A DNA stretch of 64,000 nucleotides from an uncultured Actinomycetes bacterium (lineage in GTDB: Bacteria; Actinomycetota; UBA4738; HRBIN12): positions 2,026-66,025 of the forward strand of contig CAWCMT010000012.1 in assembly GCA_963796725.1 (NCBI GenBank), given 5' to 3'. Shown here one piece after another: positions 11,266-22,009 of the stretch (position 1 is the first letter of the stretch; each line of letters starts with the position of its first letter). A program made the translations under genes and the position numbers. A model generated the notes under the pieces. That model made no database searches and was not told the origin of the DNA. It saw only the letters and a list, made by a program, of their open reading frames with translations.

Positions 11266-13106
11266 TCAGCGCCACATCTCCGTGCCGTGGTCGGGACGGG
11301 GCTCGGGCGGATTCGGGGACGATCTCGGGCTCGGCCATCGGGCTCGTCGGAGCCTTCGGAGCGGCGTCGGGCACCGCGTCTGCCGCCGGCACCTCGGACC
11401 CGGGCACCTTCCCGTTGGCACGGTGGCCGTCGGCGCCCTCGGCGAACGGCTCGGGGCCAAGATCCACGTTCAGCTGCGGGGCATCGTGGCGGGGGGTGCC
11501 GGGATGCTCCGCGCCGACCTCGTGCGGCACGCGACGTCCCCCGTAGCGGTAGCCGGCGCTGTAGTAGGCGCTGTAGCGCGAGGCGGCCTTCGGGTCCATG
11601 TTGTTGAGGATGCAGCCAAGCAGTCTCGCCCCACCTGGTCCAGCTGCGCGGCGACCCGCGCGACTTCCGCCTCCGTTGGTGGTTGAGCCGTCGACCACCA
11701 CCAGCACGGCGTCAACCTGGGAGGCCAGCTCCAGCGCATCCCCCACCACCAGCGAGGGCGGGCTATCGAGCAGCACGAAGTCCGCATTGGCCCGCAGCTC
11801 GTCAGGACGGCCACCATGCCGTTGGAGCCCAGCAGCTCAGCGGGGCTAGAGGGCGCCTTGCCGCTGGGCAGAACGAGCAGGTTGGGCACCTCGTCCTGTC
11901 GAGGGCGCTGCGCAGCGAGACCTTGTGCTGCAGCACCTCGGAGATCCCCGGCTCGCCGGGCACCTTGAAGAAACGATGGAGCGCGGGCTTGCGGAGGTCG
12001 CAGGAGAGGATGGCGACCCGATAGCCGGCGCGGGCGAGGACCACGCCGAGGTTGGCGACCGTGGTCGACTTGCCCTCCCCCTGGCCCGGGCCCGTCACCA
12101 GGATGGTCTTCACTCGTGCTCGGCCGCCCGGTGCAGCAGCACGGGGCGGGTCGAACGGTAGGCCTCGGCGGCCGGCCCTCCGGGTCCGAGAGACTGACGA
12201 CCGTGGTGCCGCGATCCTTCCGCTTGACCTTCACGTGCGGGACCACAGCGAGCACGGGCGTGCCCAGGATGGCGTCCATCCCTCGTGCTCCCCGACGCGC
12301 GTGTCCATGCGCTGACGGACGAACGCGAGGCCCACGCCGAGCGCCAGGCCGAGGAGAAGGCCAGGACGCCCGTCGTGACGTAGTCCTTGTTCGAGGGCGA
12401 GGCCGGCAGATCGGCGGGGGTCACCACCTGCGCGGGCGTCGCCGCGGCGGTGGGCAACGCATCCAGGGCGGACTGCGCCAGACGTCAGCCGCGTCTGCAG
12501 TGCGGTCTGCTCACTGGAGAGCTTCGCGCGGAGCACCGGGTCGGTCGTCGCGGCGAGCTGGTCGTCCAGCTTCGCCAGGCTCGTGCTCAGGGCCGCGATA
12601 CTCTTCTCGAGCGGGTCCCTCAGGTTGGCCTCGGCCTCATCCGCGAACGCCTTGCGCTCCTCGACATAGGCACCGGCGAAAGCCTGGGCGCATGCCTGCG
12701 CGGTATCGGGCTGCTGCGTGGTGCAGGTGATGTCGAGGTTGGTGGTGTTGGTGGGGACGGAGACCGAGACGTCGTCCTCCCTGGCCAGGCCCGGGTCATA
12801 TCCGCCGTCCGCCAGGCGCCTGGCTGCCCGCTCTCGGATCTGCACGGAGGTAACGCTCGCGGCCTCGGAGTCCATGTTGACGTACGACGTCGAGGTTGGG
12901 GTCAAGACGGCCACCGCGTTCAGGGGCAGGACCTCGACCGTGGCGGTGGACGCGTACGTGGGGGTGCGGAGGTAGAGGAGAGTCACGGCTGCAGCGACGA
13001 TCAGCAGCGTGGGCAGGATGACAGACCACTTGCGTCGGCGGAGGACGGCGAAGAACTCTCGGAGATCTATCGCCGCGGGTTCGTCATCGGGGTAGGGCAT
13101 GCGCAT
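11266..13106 (-). CDS. Polysaccharide co-polymerase/BY-kinase (Wzc/CpsCD-like), multiple frameshifts; 3' end approximate
   Basis: N-terminal 'IDLREFFAVLRRRKW' + TM (Wzz domain), Walker A 'GQGEGKSTT', 'CDLRKP', 'LLDSPP' and a Tyr cluster 'YSAYYSAGYRY'. Confidence 0.85.
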
Positions 13107-13194
13107 GGGACCCTTCGGGGAAGTGGCGCCTCATCCTACAGACCGCCCAAGATCGGCGGTAGAGGACGCCGCGTGTCGGGCGGGGCCACCGGGC

Positions 13195-13610
13195 CTACCG
13201 GCCGACGCTGCGATCGTGCGACCACGCGCCGTCGCACTACCCGTAGCCGCCGTAGCCGCCTCCGTACTGCCCGTGGGTGTGCGTCCGGATGTCGTGCTCA
13301 CCCTTGGACAGGTTTCCCGGTGAGCAGCGAGTAGGAGCCGTCGGGTCCCGTGGTCGTGAAGGCGACGAACCTGCCGTCCACGTAGAGGTCGACCTCCTTG
13401 CCGTAATCGTCGCCGCAGTGGTCCCCGTGCTCGTGATCGGAGTGATATGAGCCCCTGGCCTGGAAACCTCCGGCGTGCGAGTTGAGGTTCATCGACAGTG
13501 TGGCACCAGAGCGTGAGTACGACTGTTGGTGGAACGCCAGCGCCACCCCACCCAGGGCCAGTACCAGCGCCGCCAGCGTGGTCTTGGTCTACTTGCTGAG
13601 TCTGGACAGC
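13195..13610 (-). pseudogene. Small secreted His/Gly/Tyr-rich protein, apparently disrupted
   Basis: Reads TKTTLAALVLALGGVALA (signal-like)...HSDHEHGDHC...VDLYVDG...TTTGPDGSY then, after a frameshift, LSKGEHDIRTHTHGQYGGGYGGYG. It has two in-frame TAG codons and no clear start. Confidence 0.4.
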
Positions 13611-13676
13611 CCGGGCCTTGAGGGTCAGGGACAGTTGGGCCGTAGCGGGGCGATCCGCCCAGCGCACTCGGCAAGA

Positions 13677-14672
13677 TCAACCTCGATTGCCATCCCTGGC
13701 CTGCAGTCGGACGACGATCGTGGGCGCCAGGAGGTAGGCAGCTGTTAGTGCTGAGACACCTACGTAACGCCACCCGAAACCCATCCCACCCTCGATTCCG
13801 ATAGCGATCAGTCCAATCAGTCCTGACATGACCGCAGTAGTGAACGCCACCCGCAGGTGGGAGAATCCTAGGTCCACCAGCTGCTGATAGGTGTGAGAGC
13901 GATGTGGCTCGAGGATTGGTTCTCGTCGCCAAACTCTCCTCATCAACGAAGAGCCAGTGTCGGCAAGGTACAGCACCAGCGGCCCGACCGCCGCAATCGG
14001 AAGCGCTCCAGCCAGCCACAGCCCATAGGAGCAAAGGCCCAGCGATGCGCCAATCGCATAAGACCCAACATCGCCCAGGAACACTTGAGCCTTCGGAAGG
14101 TTCCAAGGGAGAAACCCGAGAGCCGCTGCGCCCGTCGCACACGCAAGTACGGCGAGCGTTGCTTCGCCAAGATGGACTGCTTCAGCGGTGAACAGCACGG
14201 AAGCCACCAGAGCGTTCAGCGCGGTAATACCGTCGATTCCGTCCATAAAGTTGACAGCATTGACCACGGCGGGGATTGCGAGAATGGCCAGCGAGACGCC
14301 GAGCCACGGTGCGCGTGTCGGCCGGGCGACAAGAGCGAAGGTTAGGAAGCCGGCTACACCCCCGAGTACTAGTTGTACCCAGAGTCGCCTCCTCGCTGAG
14401 AGCGGGGACAAGTCATCGACGAAGCCGAGGACCGCGAACGCCACCACGAGCAATGCAAGTATCCAGGTGCCCAGATCACCAACCAGTGTCCCTGAGCAGA
14501 TTCCCACAACGAGGCCAATGCCTCCCCCTCTGGGGATTGGACGCGAGTGCGACGAGCGGTCATTGGGGAGATCAAGTACGTCGCGCCTTCGCAGCAAGCC
14601 AACAACGAGCGGCTCCGTGGCAACAGTCGCCGTCAACCCTATCCCGGCTGCTACGGCGAGCTGCGCCGTCAC
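13677..14672 (-). CDS. MraY/WecA-family polyprenol-phosphate sugar-1-phosphate transferase (WbpL-like initiating enzyme)
   Basis: 'DLPNDRSSH..P.PRGGG', 'GFVDD', 'NAVNFMDGIDG', 'FLGDVGS'; polytopic. Confidence 0.9.
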   Translation of the reverse strand: MTAQLAVAAGIGLTATVATEPLVVGLLRRRDVLDLPNDRSSHSRPIPRGGGIGLVVGICSGTLVGDLGTWILALLVVAFAVLGFVDDLSPLSARRRLWVQLVLGGVAGFLTFALVARPTRAPWLGVSLAILAIPAVVNAVNFMDGIDGITALNALVASVLFTAEAVHLGEATLAVLACATGAAALGFLPWNLPKAQVFLGDVGSYAIGASLGLCSYGLWLAGALPIAAVGPLVLYLADTGSSLMRRVWRREPILEPHRSHTYQQLVDLGFSHLRVAFTTAVMSGLIGLIAIGIEGGMGFGWRYVGVSALTAAYLLAPTIVVRLQARDGNRG

Positions 14673-14676
14673 TAGT

Positions 14677-15882
14677 TCATCTCGATCCAGTCGATTCGAT
14701 TGACCCCTCTAGCACGGACTCCAACTTCTCAGCAAGACGGCAGAGATCGTGGTGCTCGAATGAATAGTCCCGGCCTCTCCGCCCCATTTCCGCGCGCCCC
14801 GGCGCACCCATCTCGTCCAGCGCTCGAAGAGCCGCGGCCATCTCTACCGGGCTCTCGGGCGGCACGGACAGCCCAGCGCGTGCCTCACCCACCGGATCGT
14901 TCGAAGCGGCTATGGCGTAGACAATTGGGCGAGCGAGCGCCATATAGTCAAACAACTTGTTCGGGCTGACGCCGTATCGAAAGACATCTGCCCTCCTTAG
15001 AGGGAGAACAAACACATCTGCTTGTCTGAGAACGTCGTAGATTTCCGACTTGGGAACGGGGTCCTCAAATCTCACGTTGCTGATCTGCTCGTCCAGCGCG
15101 CGCTTGATGAGCCGACTCTTTTCCACACCATCTCCAATAAGGCGGAAGGTCCAACGGTTCTCGTCGACCAATAGGGCTGCAGCATCGAGCACTACGTCGA
15201 GTCCGTTCGGTTCGCCGTGCGCGCCTGCGTATATGGCGGTAAGCCCCGTTGAGCCCCCAGATGATTGGTCAATCGAACCGACCATCGCTCGGTCAATCCC
15301 GTTCGGTATCCAGGCGACCTTTCCCTTGGGTCCTCCGCGCTCCTCTATGACTCCTACCGCATCCGGCAAGACCGAGATTGCCGCTGCCGCGTGCCGATAA
15401 AGCCACCGCTCAAGCGCACGGAGCAAGCGCACCAACAAATGAGACGCACGAATTCTGCCCAACGCTACAAGAGAGTCCGGCCACAGATCGCGAACCTCCA
15501 TCACGAAAGGCACTCTCGCGCGGAAAGCCAAGACCGCAGCGCCGGCCGCGGCGAACGGTGACGGAGAGGAGCCCATTACAACATCCATACCCTTCGTGCG
15601 GCGAAGGAGGCAGACTCGACACCCGAATAGCAACATTCCCATGATTCTTCCCACGTTGTTGCCAGATGCGGTAGGAACCCTCAGCCAGCGATAGCGAACA
15701 CCGTCGATGAGGTGACGCTTGCATCGCCCTCCCCGCGGGGCTCGGCTCATATAGCCCAAGGGAGCTGCAACTACCGTGACCGCGTGCCCACGAGCAACGA
15801 GTTCTCGAGCGAACGCGTGAGTCCGCGTATTCCCCGGGCCGTCCGGGGGTTGAGCATACTGGTTGACGATAACTATCTTCAT
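14677..15882 (-). CDS. Family 4 glycosyltransferase (WbuB-like)
   Basis: 'VNQYA.PP', 'EVRDLWPDS', 'IPNGID', 'YAGAHG', 'SPNKLFDYMA'. Confidence 0.9.
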   Translation of the reverse strand: MKIVIVNQYAQPPDGPGNTRTHAFARELVARGHAVTVVAAPLGYMSRAPRGGRCKRHLIDGVRYRWLRVPTASGNNVGRIMGMLLFGCRVCLLRRTKGMDVVMGSSPSPFAAAGAAVLAFRARVPFVMEVRDLWPDSLVALGRIRASHLLVRLLRALERWLYRHAAAAISVLPDAVGVIEERGGPKGKVAWIPNGIDRAMVGSIDQSSGGSTGLTAIYAGAHGEPNGLDVVLDAAALLVDENRWTFRLIGDGVEKSRLIKRALDEQISNVRFEDPVPKSEIYDVLRQADVFVLPLRRADVFRYGVSPNKLFDYMALARPIVYAIAASNDPVGEARAGLSVPPESPVEMAAALRALDEMGAPGRAEMGRRGRDYSFEHHDLCRLAEKLESVLEGSIESTGSR

Positions 15883-16769
15883 GACTCGTCAGCGAAACCA
15901 AGCACTTGAAACGCTTCTGCGAGTATGCCGTCTTCGAATGATCGAGGACAGAAACGGAAGTCCCGCCTTGCGTCGTGAATCGAGAGCGACTTATCTTCCG
16001 CCAGGCGGGCGACTTGCTCGGCACGGAGTCTCGGGTTCGGGGACCAAAGTTCGTAGGCTCGGACCATCCAAAGAGCCGGCCCGGCAGGCACGTGCCAAAT
16101 GCGCGCTCTTCTGCCCACGGCGTCACTGGCAATCCTGATGATAGTGTTGAGATCTTGGGGGTCGGGACCTGCAAGGTTGTAGGTCTTCCCCACAGTGTCA
16201 CGCGCCCCAAGAGCAGCGACGATTCCCTCTGCCAAGTCGTCAACGTGGATGGGCTGCTGTAGAGCCTTCCCGCTCCCAGGCACTACCACTACAGGCGAAC
16301 GAGCAAGCAATCGAAGGAGGCGGGCGAAGTTCCGGTCGTCGGGAGCACCGTAGATCATTGTTGGCCTGAGGATTGTCCAAGCCAGGGAACTGTCCTTGAT
16401 AGTGGCCTCGGCCGCCGCCCGGATAGGCCTTGACACTGAGGGTAGGGATGTGGTCACCGAAGCCGAGGACACAAACACCGCGCGCTTCGCACCTGACGCC
16501 TCGGCCGCGTTCACAAGGGTGGCGGCGTGGCCAAGGCCAAGAGAAATCAAGCTAAGGAAGACGTCATGCGTTTCTGATGCTGCAGCTCTGACTATTTGAC
16601 TTCTATCATCGAGATTTGCATCAATCGGATCGGCCCCTAGAGATCGAACGACCATCCGGGCAGCCGGGCTGCGGGCGACCCCTCTGACTTTGTAGCCAGC
16701 TGCGAGAAGCTCCGGTATCACGCGCTTGCCCAGGAATCCACTGCCACCAAGCAGGAAGACCGAGGTCAT
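15879..16769 (-). CDS. NAD-dependent epimerase/dehydratase (atypical SDR)
   Basis: 'GGSGFLG' Rossmann motif, 'WTILRPTMIYG', 'QPIHVDDLA'. Confidence 0.85.
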   Translation of the reverse strand: MTSVFLLGGSGFLGKRVIPELLAAGYKVRGVARSPAARMVVRSLGADPIDANLDDRSQIVRAAASETHDVFLSLISLGLGHAATLVNAAEASGAKRAVFVSSASVTTSLPSVSRPIRAAAEATIKDSSLAWTILRPTMIYGAPDDRNFARLLRLLARSPVVVVPGSGKALQQPIHVDDLAEGIVAALGARDTVGKTYNLAGPDPQDLNTIIRIASDAVGRRARIWHVPAGPALWMVRAYELWSPNPRLRAEQVARLAEDKSLSIHDARRDFRFCPRSFEDGILAEAFQVLGFADES

Positions 16770-16771
16770 GC

Positions 16772-17400
16772 TCATGACCTATTCGGCCCCGGTTCAGCAA
16801 TGAACTCAGCGCTGCCTCCAGTTCCAAACGGTGCCCCGTCAATACATATGGTCCTTAGCGCCGACAAGATGCGCGCGGCTGCCGCCCTCTCGCTCACAGG
16901 AGGGCTACCCCGTTCCAGCCAAGAGCCAAGATCTCCTCGAACCCCGCCCCAAGAGCGGCTCTGGTCCGGGGGATGCAATGGGAGTACGACCTCATTCTCA
17001 TTCGCAGCCATCATCAACCCGCCGATGAAGTAACTCAGTCCGCTCGGGGTCATCGGTGTCGCCAGCCCGATGGATTCTCGCCGAGACATAGCGGCGAGGG
17101 CCGAGGCCCACAGCCTCAAGCATGCTCCTGCGACCTCTCACTGAACGCAACCACCTCGCCATACATCACATCGCCGAAGAAGCGTACCGCATCCCCATCT
17201 CACTCTTCCGTGAAACGTTGTCGACAGAAGCGGCGTAGGGGAAGACAGGATGCTCAGAGAGGTGATCAGCAACGAGACCGTCTACCACTTCATGCATCCG
17301 ATGACCGAAAGGGCGGAGCCCAGCCTCGACGTGAACAAGTCTCACACACCAGTTACGCGGCAGCGAGGACGCCCGTGGTGGAGTTCGAGCCGCCATTGGG
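16772..17400 (-). pseudogene. Decayed UDP-GlcNAc 2-epimerase (wecB/wbpI) paralog
   Basis: Colinear remnants in changing frames: 'HVEAGLRPFGHRMHEVVDGLVADHLS', 'GDVMY', 'IHRAGDTDDPER', 'VVLPLHP', 'APFGTGGSAEFIA'. They match intact 25504..26589 ([63 protein letters not shown]). The DSGGVQKEA block is absent. Confidence 0.8.
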
Positions 17401-17685
17401 TGAGGCGTCCACCTCTCACAGTCCCGCTGTCAGGGATGACGCGCCTCGGCGCGACTGTCTGTCTGGGAGCACCCTATCCCACCAAGTCCAGTCGGGCACG
17501 TGGCTGATGCCGGTCTACAGAATTGACACACGTTTGATCACCGCCGGCCAGCGCCGCCCGTTTGTAGGGTAAGCCGCGAACAGTCTAGACTTTCTTGTGG
17601 CTCCCTAGGGACACGCGCCCAATTGGAGAATGGCAAGGGTAAGATTGAGTCGACCCAGCGACGCGTCTCAGACTGGAGGACCTGA

Positions 17686-18454
17686 GTGGTTATCGTCGAG
17701 AATCATCGTTTCGGCCTTAGGGATCGGCTGGTCCTCTTTCCTAACCCCGCGGAAGTCATCGACCTATGCCACACACTTCGGCCCCGGGACACACTGCGAC
17801 TCCGTCAGGCAAGCACGAACTTACCCGATACCGCGAGTCTGGTATCTCATACGGTCACTGAGACGAGTTGGATTCCTCTGCAACGGGACGATGATGCCTT
17901 GCTCGCGGCCATGTCGAAGTCTTCGCGCACAGATATCCGCAAGGTTGAACGACTTGGCACTCATGTGAGGGTGAAGCAAGGACGGTTTGACCTTGCGCCT
18001 GAGTTCCTGGCTGCTCAAGAGCGATTCATAAGCCGAAAGCCCTATGTCAACCCGATTGGTCAAAGGCGCCTTATGCAATATTTGCAAGTATCGGAATTGT
18101 GGCTGGCTCATCTCGACCGCTCGTTCGTCTGTGCGCATCTTGTCCTCAAAGATCCTCAGGTGGGGCGGGTACTGTTGCTTCAAGAAGCCAACTCGAGATT
18201 GGAGGGGGGAGAAGTGGCGAGAATGTCAGCTTCAATTAACCGTTTCCTACACTGGACCTCATTCCGGCATTATCGGAATGAGGATCGACATCTATGACAT
18301 GGGTGGCATAGGCAATACCCATGACCTGGCCAACATCGCGAAATTCAAGCTATCGCTTGGGGGCGAGCGCGTCCAGGAGCATAGTTACGATCTGGCGGGC
18401 GTAATCGGGAGGATCGCAATATTGGCGCATCGGTCTCTTCGTCGTGCTCCCTGA
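17686..18454 (+). CDS. GNAT/FemABX-like acyl- or aminoacyl-transferase (frameshift ~18285)
   Basis: 'LLAAMSKSSRTDIRK' and C-terminal 'YDMGG...AKFKLSLGG' resemble FemABX-like GNAT folds; ORFs 17686..18297 + 18044..18454. Confidence 0.6.
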
Positions 18455-18468
18455 TCGTATGTCGCAAC

Positions 18469-19890
18469 CTATCCCCTCAGAGATTCACGCAGCTGTGACA
18501 CGGTCGCCAGGTACAACTGAAGATCGAATGCCCTTGCACTCCCTCCTCCCCATCCAGGAACATCGTTCTGCCAACCGGACCCCGAAGCGACCTGCGCGTA
18601 GCCGTCCGCGAACAAGTTGGAAGTATTGAAACCGTACTCAAGGCTACCTTCTTGGATTGGGAAAATGGCATAGTGGTTACTCGCATCACCGTGTGCGGCG
18701 AGAACGATATTGTACTTCCGGCCTTTCACCAGCGTGCGAACCTTACGGAAGCGATACCTGACCCATCCATATGCCCCTGGCACCTTTCCTTTCTGGACCC
18801 TGCCCTCCTCCAGCTTGGAGCCGCCCCCTCGTTCCAAGCGGACCCTCAATGGTCCTGGGTTACCCACACGTCTTATGCGAATGAAGAGAGAGCTCACCTT
18901 CTGAGTCATCCCAGTCACCGCTTCAATGCGTTCACGGACTCGATTGACACCATATATGCCCTTGTCGGCGCCCGTACCCATGTACCCCTGGCCAAACTTG
19001 AAACCATCCGTGTAACCAACCTCAAATATAGGCGTCTCATGCGTTCGTATGTGCCAGCCTGGAGCATAGGAGTATCGCGCCATGAGAGCCAGATCCATTC
19101 CGGACACTGAGGGTTGAAGGCGGCGGTTGGGCCGTCGCAAATAGAGGCTGTTCAGCGAAACGTAGTTCCTGTGGGGCACGGGGGCTGGATTGGAGAAGAC
19201 CAGATGATAAATGCCGCCCTTTTGAAGGTGTGCATTTGGGATCTTAACGACGCGGAAGTTGGCGGTCACTCTTCCACCAACGCCGCTCCCGACGCCATAA
19301 CTGGGCGCGCCACGGTGTCTATCCATTGGGTGCTTCAGAACTGTCTCACTCAGCACAGCGGAGGATGGCCGGTGGGCGCCCGTGCCGTCGTCGGACCGGA
19401 GTTCGATCTTCACGCGCCCCCCGTCCCCTGCTCCGTAGCATTCCACTGGCCGGCACTGATCGGGTGATCCTTGGGCAGCCAGGTCGTCGCTCGTCGCGTA
19501 GATGAAGTAGAGCTTAACGCTGTGGACTACTCCGCTACGCGGAGCTCGGAAACGAATATCCACGCCGCGTTGCCAGTACCCGACTGGAATGTTCGATAGA
19601 CCGTCAGCGTTCCACGCTGTCCCGTAGAAGCTGCTGGCTAGCCGCCCTCTGAGTCGCTGCTGCCCCCTCCCTGCCCTCGCACCGTGAGTCCCAGCGTGAC
19701 CCCGAGCTGGCCTTGCGGACCCGGACCAACTCCACGCCGATAGCAGCAGCACTGCCACGAAGAGGAGGCACAGCTTGCACCCAGGCTGCCGGTTAACAGA
19801 CAGTCCAACCCTCCGAATGCAGTACCGCAACTGGCAGCCCCCCTTCCCCGTCGATACTTGGATTCCACGTGTGAAAGCTGATTGAACCAC
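18469..19890 (-). CDS. Hypothetical secreted protein (true start probably downstream of the ORF start)
   Basis: Long open frame with a hydrophobic signal-like segment (LCLLFVAVLLLSAWS) and beta-rich Gly/Tyr content; 'IRFRAPRSGVVHSVKLY'. Confidence 0.55.
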   Translation of the reverse strand: MVQSAFTRGIQVSTGKGGCQLRYCIRRVGLSVNRQPGCKLCLLFVAVLLLSAWSWSGSARPARGHAGTHGARAGRGQQRLRGRLASSFYGTAWNADGLSNIPVGYWQRGVDIRFRAPRSGVVHSVKLYFIYATSDDLAAQGSPDQCRPVECYGAGDGGRVKIELRSDDGTGAHRPSSAVLSETVLKHPMDRHRGAPSYGVGSGVGGRVTANFRVVKIPNAHLQKGGIYHLVFSNPAPVPHRNYVSLNSLYLRRPNRRLQPSVSGMDLALMARYSYAPGWHIRTHETPIFEVGYTDGFKFGQGYMGTGADKGIYGVNRVRERIEAVTGMTQKVSSLFIRIRRVGNPGPLRVRLERGGGSKLEEGRVQKGKVPGAYGWVRYRFRKVRTLVKGRKYNIVLAAHGDASNHYAIFPIQEGSLEYGFNTSNLFADGYAQVASGSGWQNDVPGWGGGSARAFDLQLYLATVSQLRESLRG

Positions 19891-20006
19891 GTGGGAAGTC
19901 CTTCTGCAACGTACCCACTTGAAGAAACGGGGACTCTAGCTTCCCAGTTACAAACGCTTGAACGGTAACCAATCCCTCACCTCGACGCCTTGCCCCGTTT
20001 CGGCTC

Positions 20007-20753
20007 TCACAGATCCCAATAACTCATCAATTGGCGGCGAAATTGAGAATCGACATCGGCAAGCGCCCGGAGCCGAGTCTCATCAGCCTCAGTTTCCCCG
20101 GCACCTGGGTGAAGGCCGACTTCAATGGTGTGAATGGCTCGACTGAGGTTTCCGCGCCGCTCAATGAAAGTGGATAAATCGGTGAATGCGTCAGTCGTCG
20201 CGCTTGTTCGCATATGCCGGAGGGCCTCTCTGAACATCAGCTTCTTGAGAAGCAACATGCGGGTGGCATCTTGAGACGTGCTATAGAGGTTTCGGGAGAT
20301 TCGCACACGCCGAATCCCGAAGTCCGCTTGAATCTGCTTCACCACAGGAAATAGGCTGGGCAGGGTGTGGACATGGTGGTGTGAATCTATGTGACTGACC
20401 CGCACTCCGTACGCGAGGACTCGTGTAACTTGGCATGACCACTCGTCACGGATTTCGGGCCTTAAACGTCTCAACTCTCGTGATTCACGGATCTCAGGAC
20501 AGAATTCTCCCTTCGCACTCAGAAGCTCAGCGAGCCCAGGCGAGAGAGGTGCAAATTCAGTTAGGTTGAGATGCACTCCAAAGGAGCACTCAGCATAGTC
20601 GACCGCCCGAAGGCACGCATCCTCTGCAGCTGGCCCATTGGCAAGTATCGTCGCCGATGTTACGAGCCGGTCTCGCATGAGCTCAAAAGTGATCCTATTG
20701 ATCTCTGAGCTCCTCCCGAGGTCGTCTGCGTTGGTGATAACTCGCACTCTCAA
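20007..20753 (-). CDS. ChbG/YdjC-family carbohydrate deacetylase
   Basis: 'ITNADDLG', 'GVHLNLTE', 'SHIDSHHHVH', 'EVGLHPG'. Confidence 0.88.
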   Translation of the reverse strand: MRVRVITNADDLGRSSEINRITFELMRDRLVTSATILANGPAAEDACLRAVDYAECSFGVHLNLTEFAPLSPGLAELLSAKGEFCPEIRESRELRRLRPEIRDEWSCQVTRVLAYGVRVSHIDSHHHVHTLPSLFPVVKQIQADFGIRRVRISRNLYSTSQDATRMLLLKKLMFREALRHMRTSATTDAFTDLSTFIERRGNLSRAIHTIEVGLHPGAGETEADETRLRALADVDSQFRRQLMSYWDL

Positions 20754-22009
20754 TCGGCCACCGACGTGGAGAGGTTCTTCATGATACGGTCATCTGCTCT
20801 GCCCACTGACGCAGCTACTGCAGCAAGGCCAACCACGAAGAACAGTGCTCGATTGTCATTAATGTCGCCACTCACCAGGGAATTCAGGAGCATGTATACA
20901 AACGCTCCGAAGATTGCAGATCCGCTGAAGTTCCAAGCAAGCCGTCTTGCCCTCGTGACTTCCCAGATGAGCCAACTGACAAAGAAGGTCCCCCAGATCA
21001 ATCCGTCTTCAGCGAGGACCTCCAATATGATGTTGTGCGGATAGGTCAGTCCTCCAGCTTCGGGCGCAAATCCACCCCATCCGGTCCCTAGGGGCGCGAC
21101 TTGGAGCGATTGCCACGCCTCTTGATACAACACTAGACGCGCCGACGAGGACGAGTCGAGGTGGCCTCCAACAAGGGACGCCAATCTCTGTTGGGAGTAG
21201 ACGGGGGCAAGGTTGAAAGCGAAATAGGTTGCGATAATGAGCAAGCTTGCCAGGCCCGCAAGCGAGACGGTTGAGGGGCGCGAGGGAGAAAGCACGAATG
21301 TCGCCAAGATTGCAAGCCCTGCTGCGAAGAGTGGGCCCCGAGATCCAGATTGCAGCAGGGAGTATAGGGCAACGCAGGCAATAGGTAGGACGAGAGACCA
21401 GCGGACTTCATGCCACGCTCGCGCCAATACGATAACCACCAAGGTGATCCCTGAGGCCCTACCGAGGGCAATCGTGTCTGACCCTGCCGCAGCGATTGGA
21501 GCCCCAGCGTAGGCTGACGCCGTTGGCGCGAGGACCGACGCCAAGGCGATAATCCCGCAGACTGCAGTCCAAGCCCACAGCAAGCGCCGAAGCTCCAATT
21601 CCGTGCGAACTAGGATGACCGGGCAAAGCGCAGCCAACAGGGTCAGGGTGAACAACCTACCAGCCTTTTCCACTCCGTAGGCGCTTCCATCTAGTGAAAG
21701 AGCGGCGGGCAGAAGGAAGAGGAAGCCAACCAAGACACCCCCGAGTGCAACTGGCAGTTCGCCGCTACGAAGAACGCGAAAGCAGCAGATGGCCAGCGTA
21801 GCGATGCCGAGGGCGAGAGTGAGATCGACGGGGCTCCTGCTGAAGGGATAGGCTCCTTTGAAGTAGCCTGCCATCACGAAGGACGACGCCAGGACAGGTG
21901 CAATCCACCCCCTGAGCGGCCTCGCGGTGGGCCTACTCCAGTGGTGATCCCGATGAGCTCGACTACCCGGCATCTCCTCTCCCGGTTCTGACCTCGCGTT
22001 CATTGTCAA
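20750..22009 (-). CDS. O-antigen polymerase/ligase-family protein (Wzy-like)
   Basis: About 11 hydrophobic segments; 'SGSRGP', 'PLGTGWGGF', 'YPHNIILEVLAE.G'. Confidence 0.85.
   Translation of the reverse strand: MTMNARSEPGEEMPGSRAHRDHHWSRPTARPLRGWIAPVLASSFVMAGYFKGAYPFSRSPVDLTLALGIATLAICCFRVLRSGELPVALGGVLVGFLFLLPAALSLDGSAYGVEKAGRLFTLTLLAALCPVILVRTELELRRLLWAWTAVCGIIALASVLAPTASAYAGAPIAAAGSDTIALGRASGITLVVIVLARAWHEVRWSLVLPIACVALYSLLQSGSRGPLFAAGLAILATFVLSPSRPSTVSLAGLASLLIIATYFAFNLAPVYSQQRLASLVGGHLDSSSSARLVLYQEAWQSLQVAPLGTGWGGFAPEAGGLTYPHNIILEVLAEDGLIWGTFFVSWLIWEVTRARRLAWNFSGSAIFGAFVYMLLNSLVSGDINDNRALFFVVGLAAVAASVGRADDRIMKNLSTSVAD

Noticed and set aside
13195-13610. Two in-frame TAG codons as a sign of stop-codon recoding
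   Set aside because: TAG is the normal terminator of several clear genes here (glpK, the UDP-sugar dehydrogenase, the epimerase at 47285), and no pyl machinery is visible.
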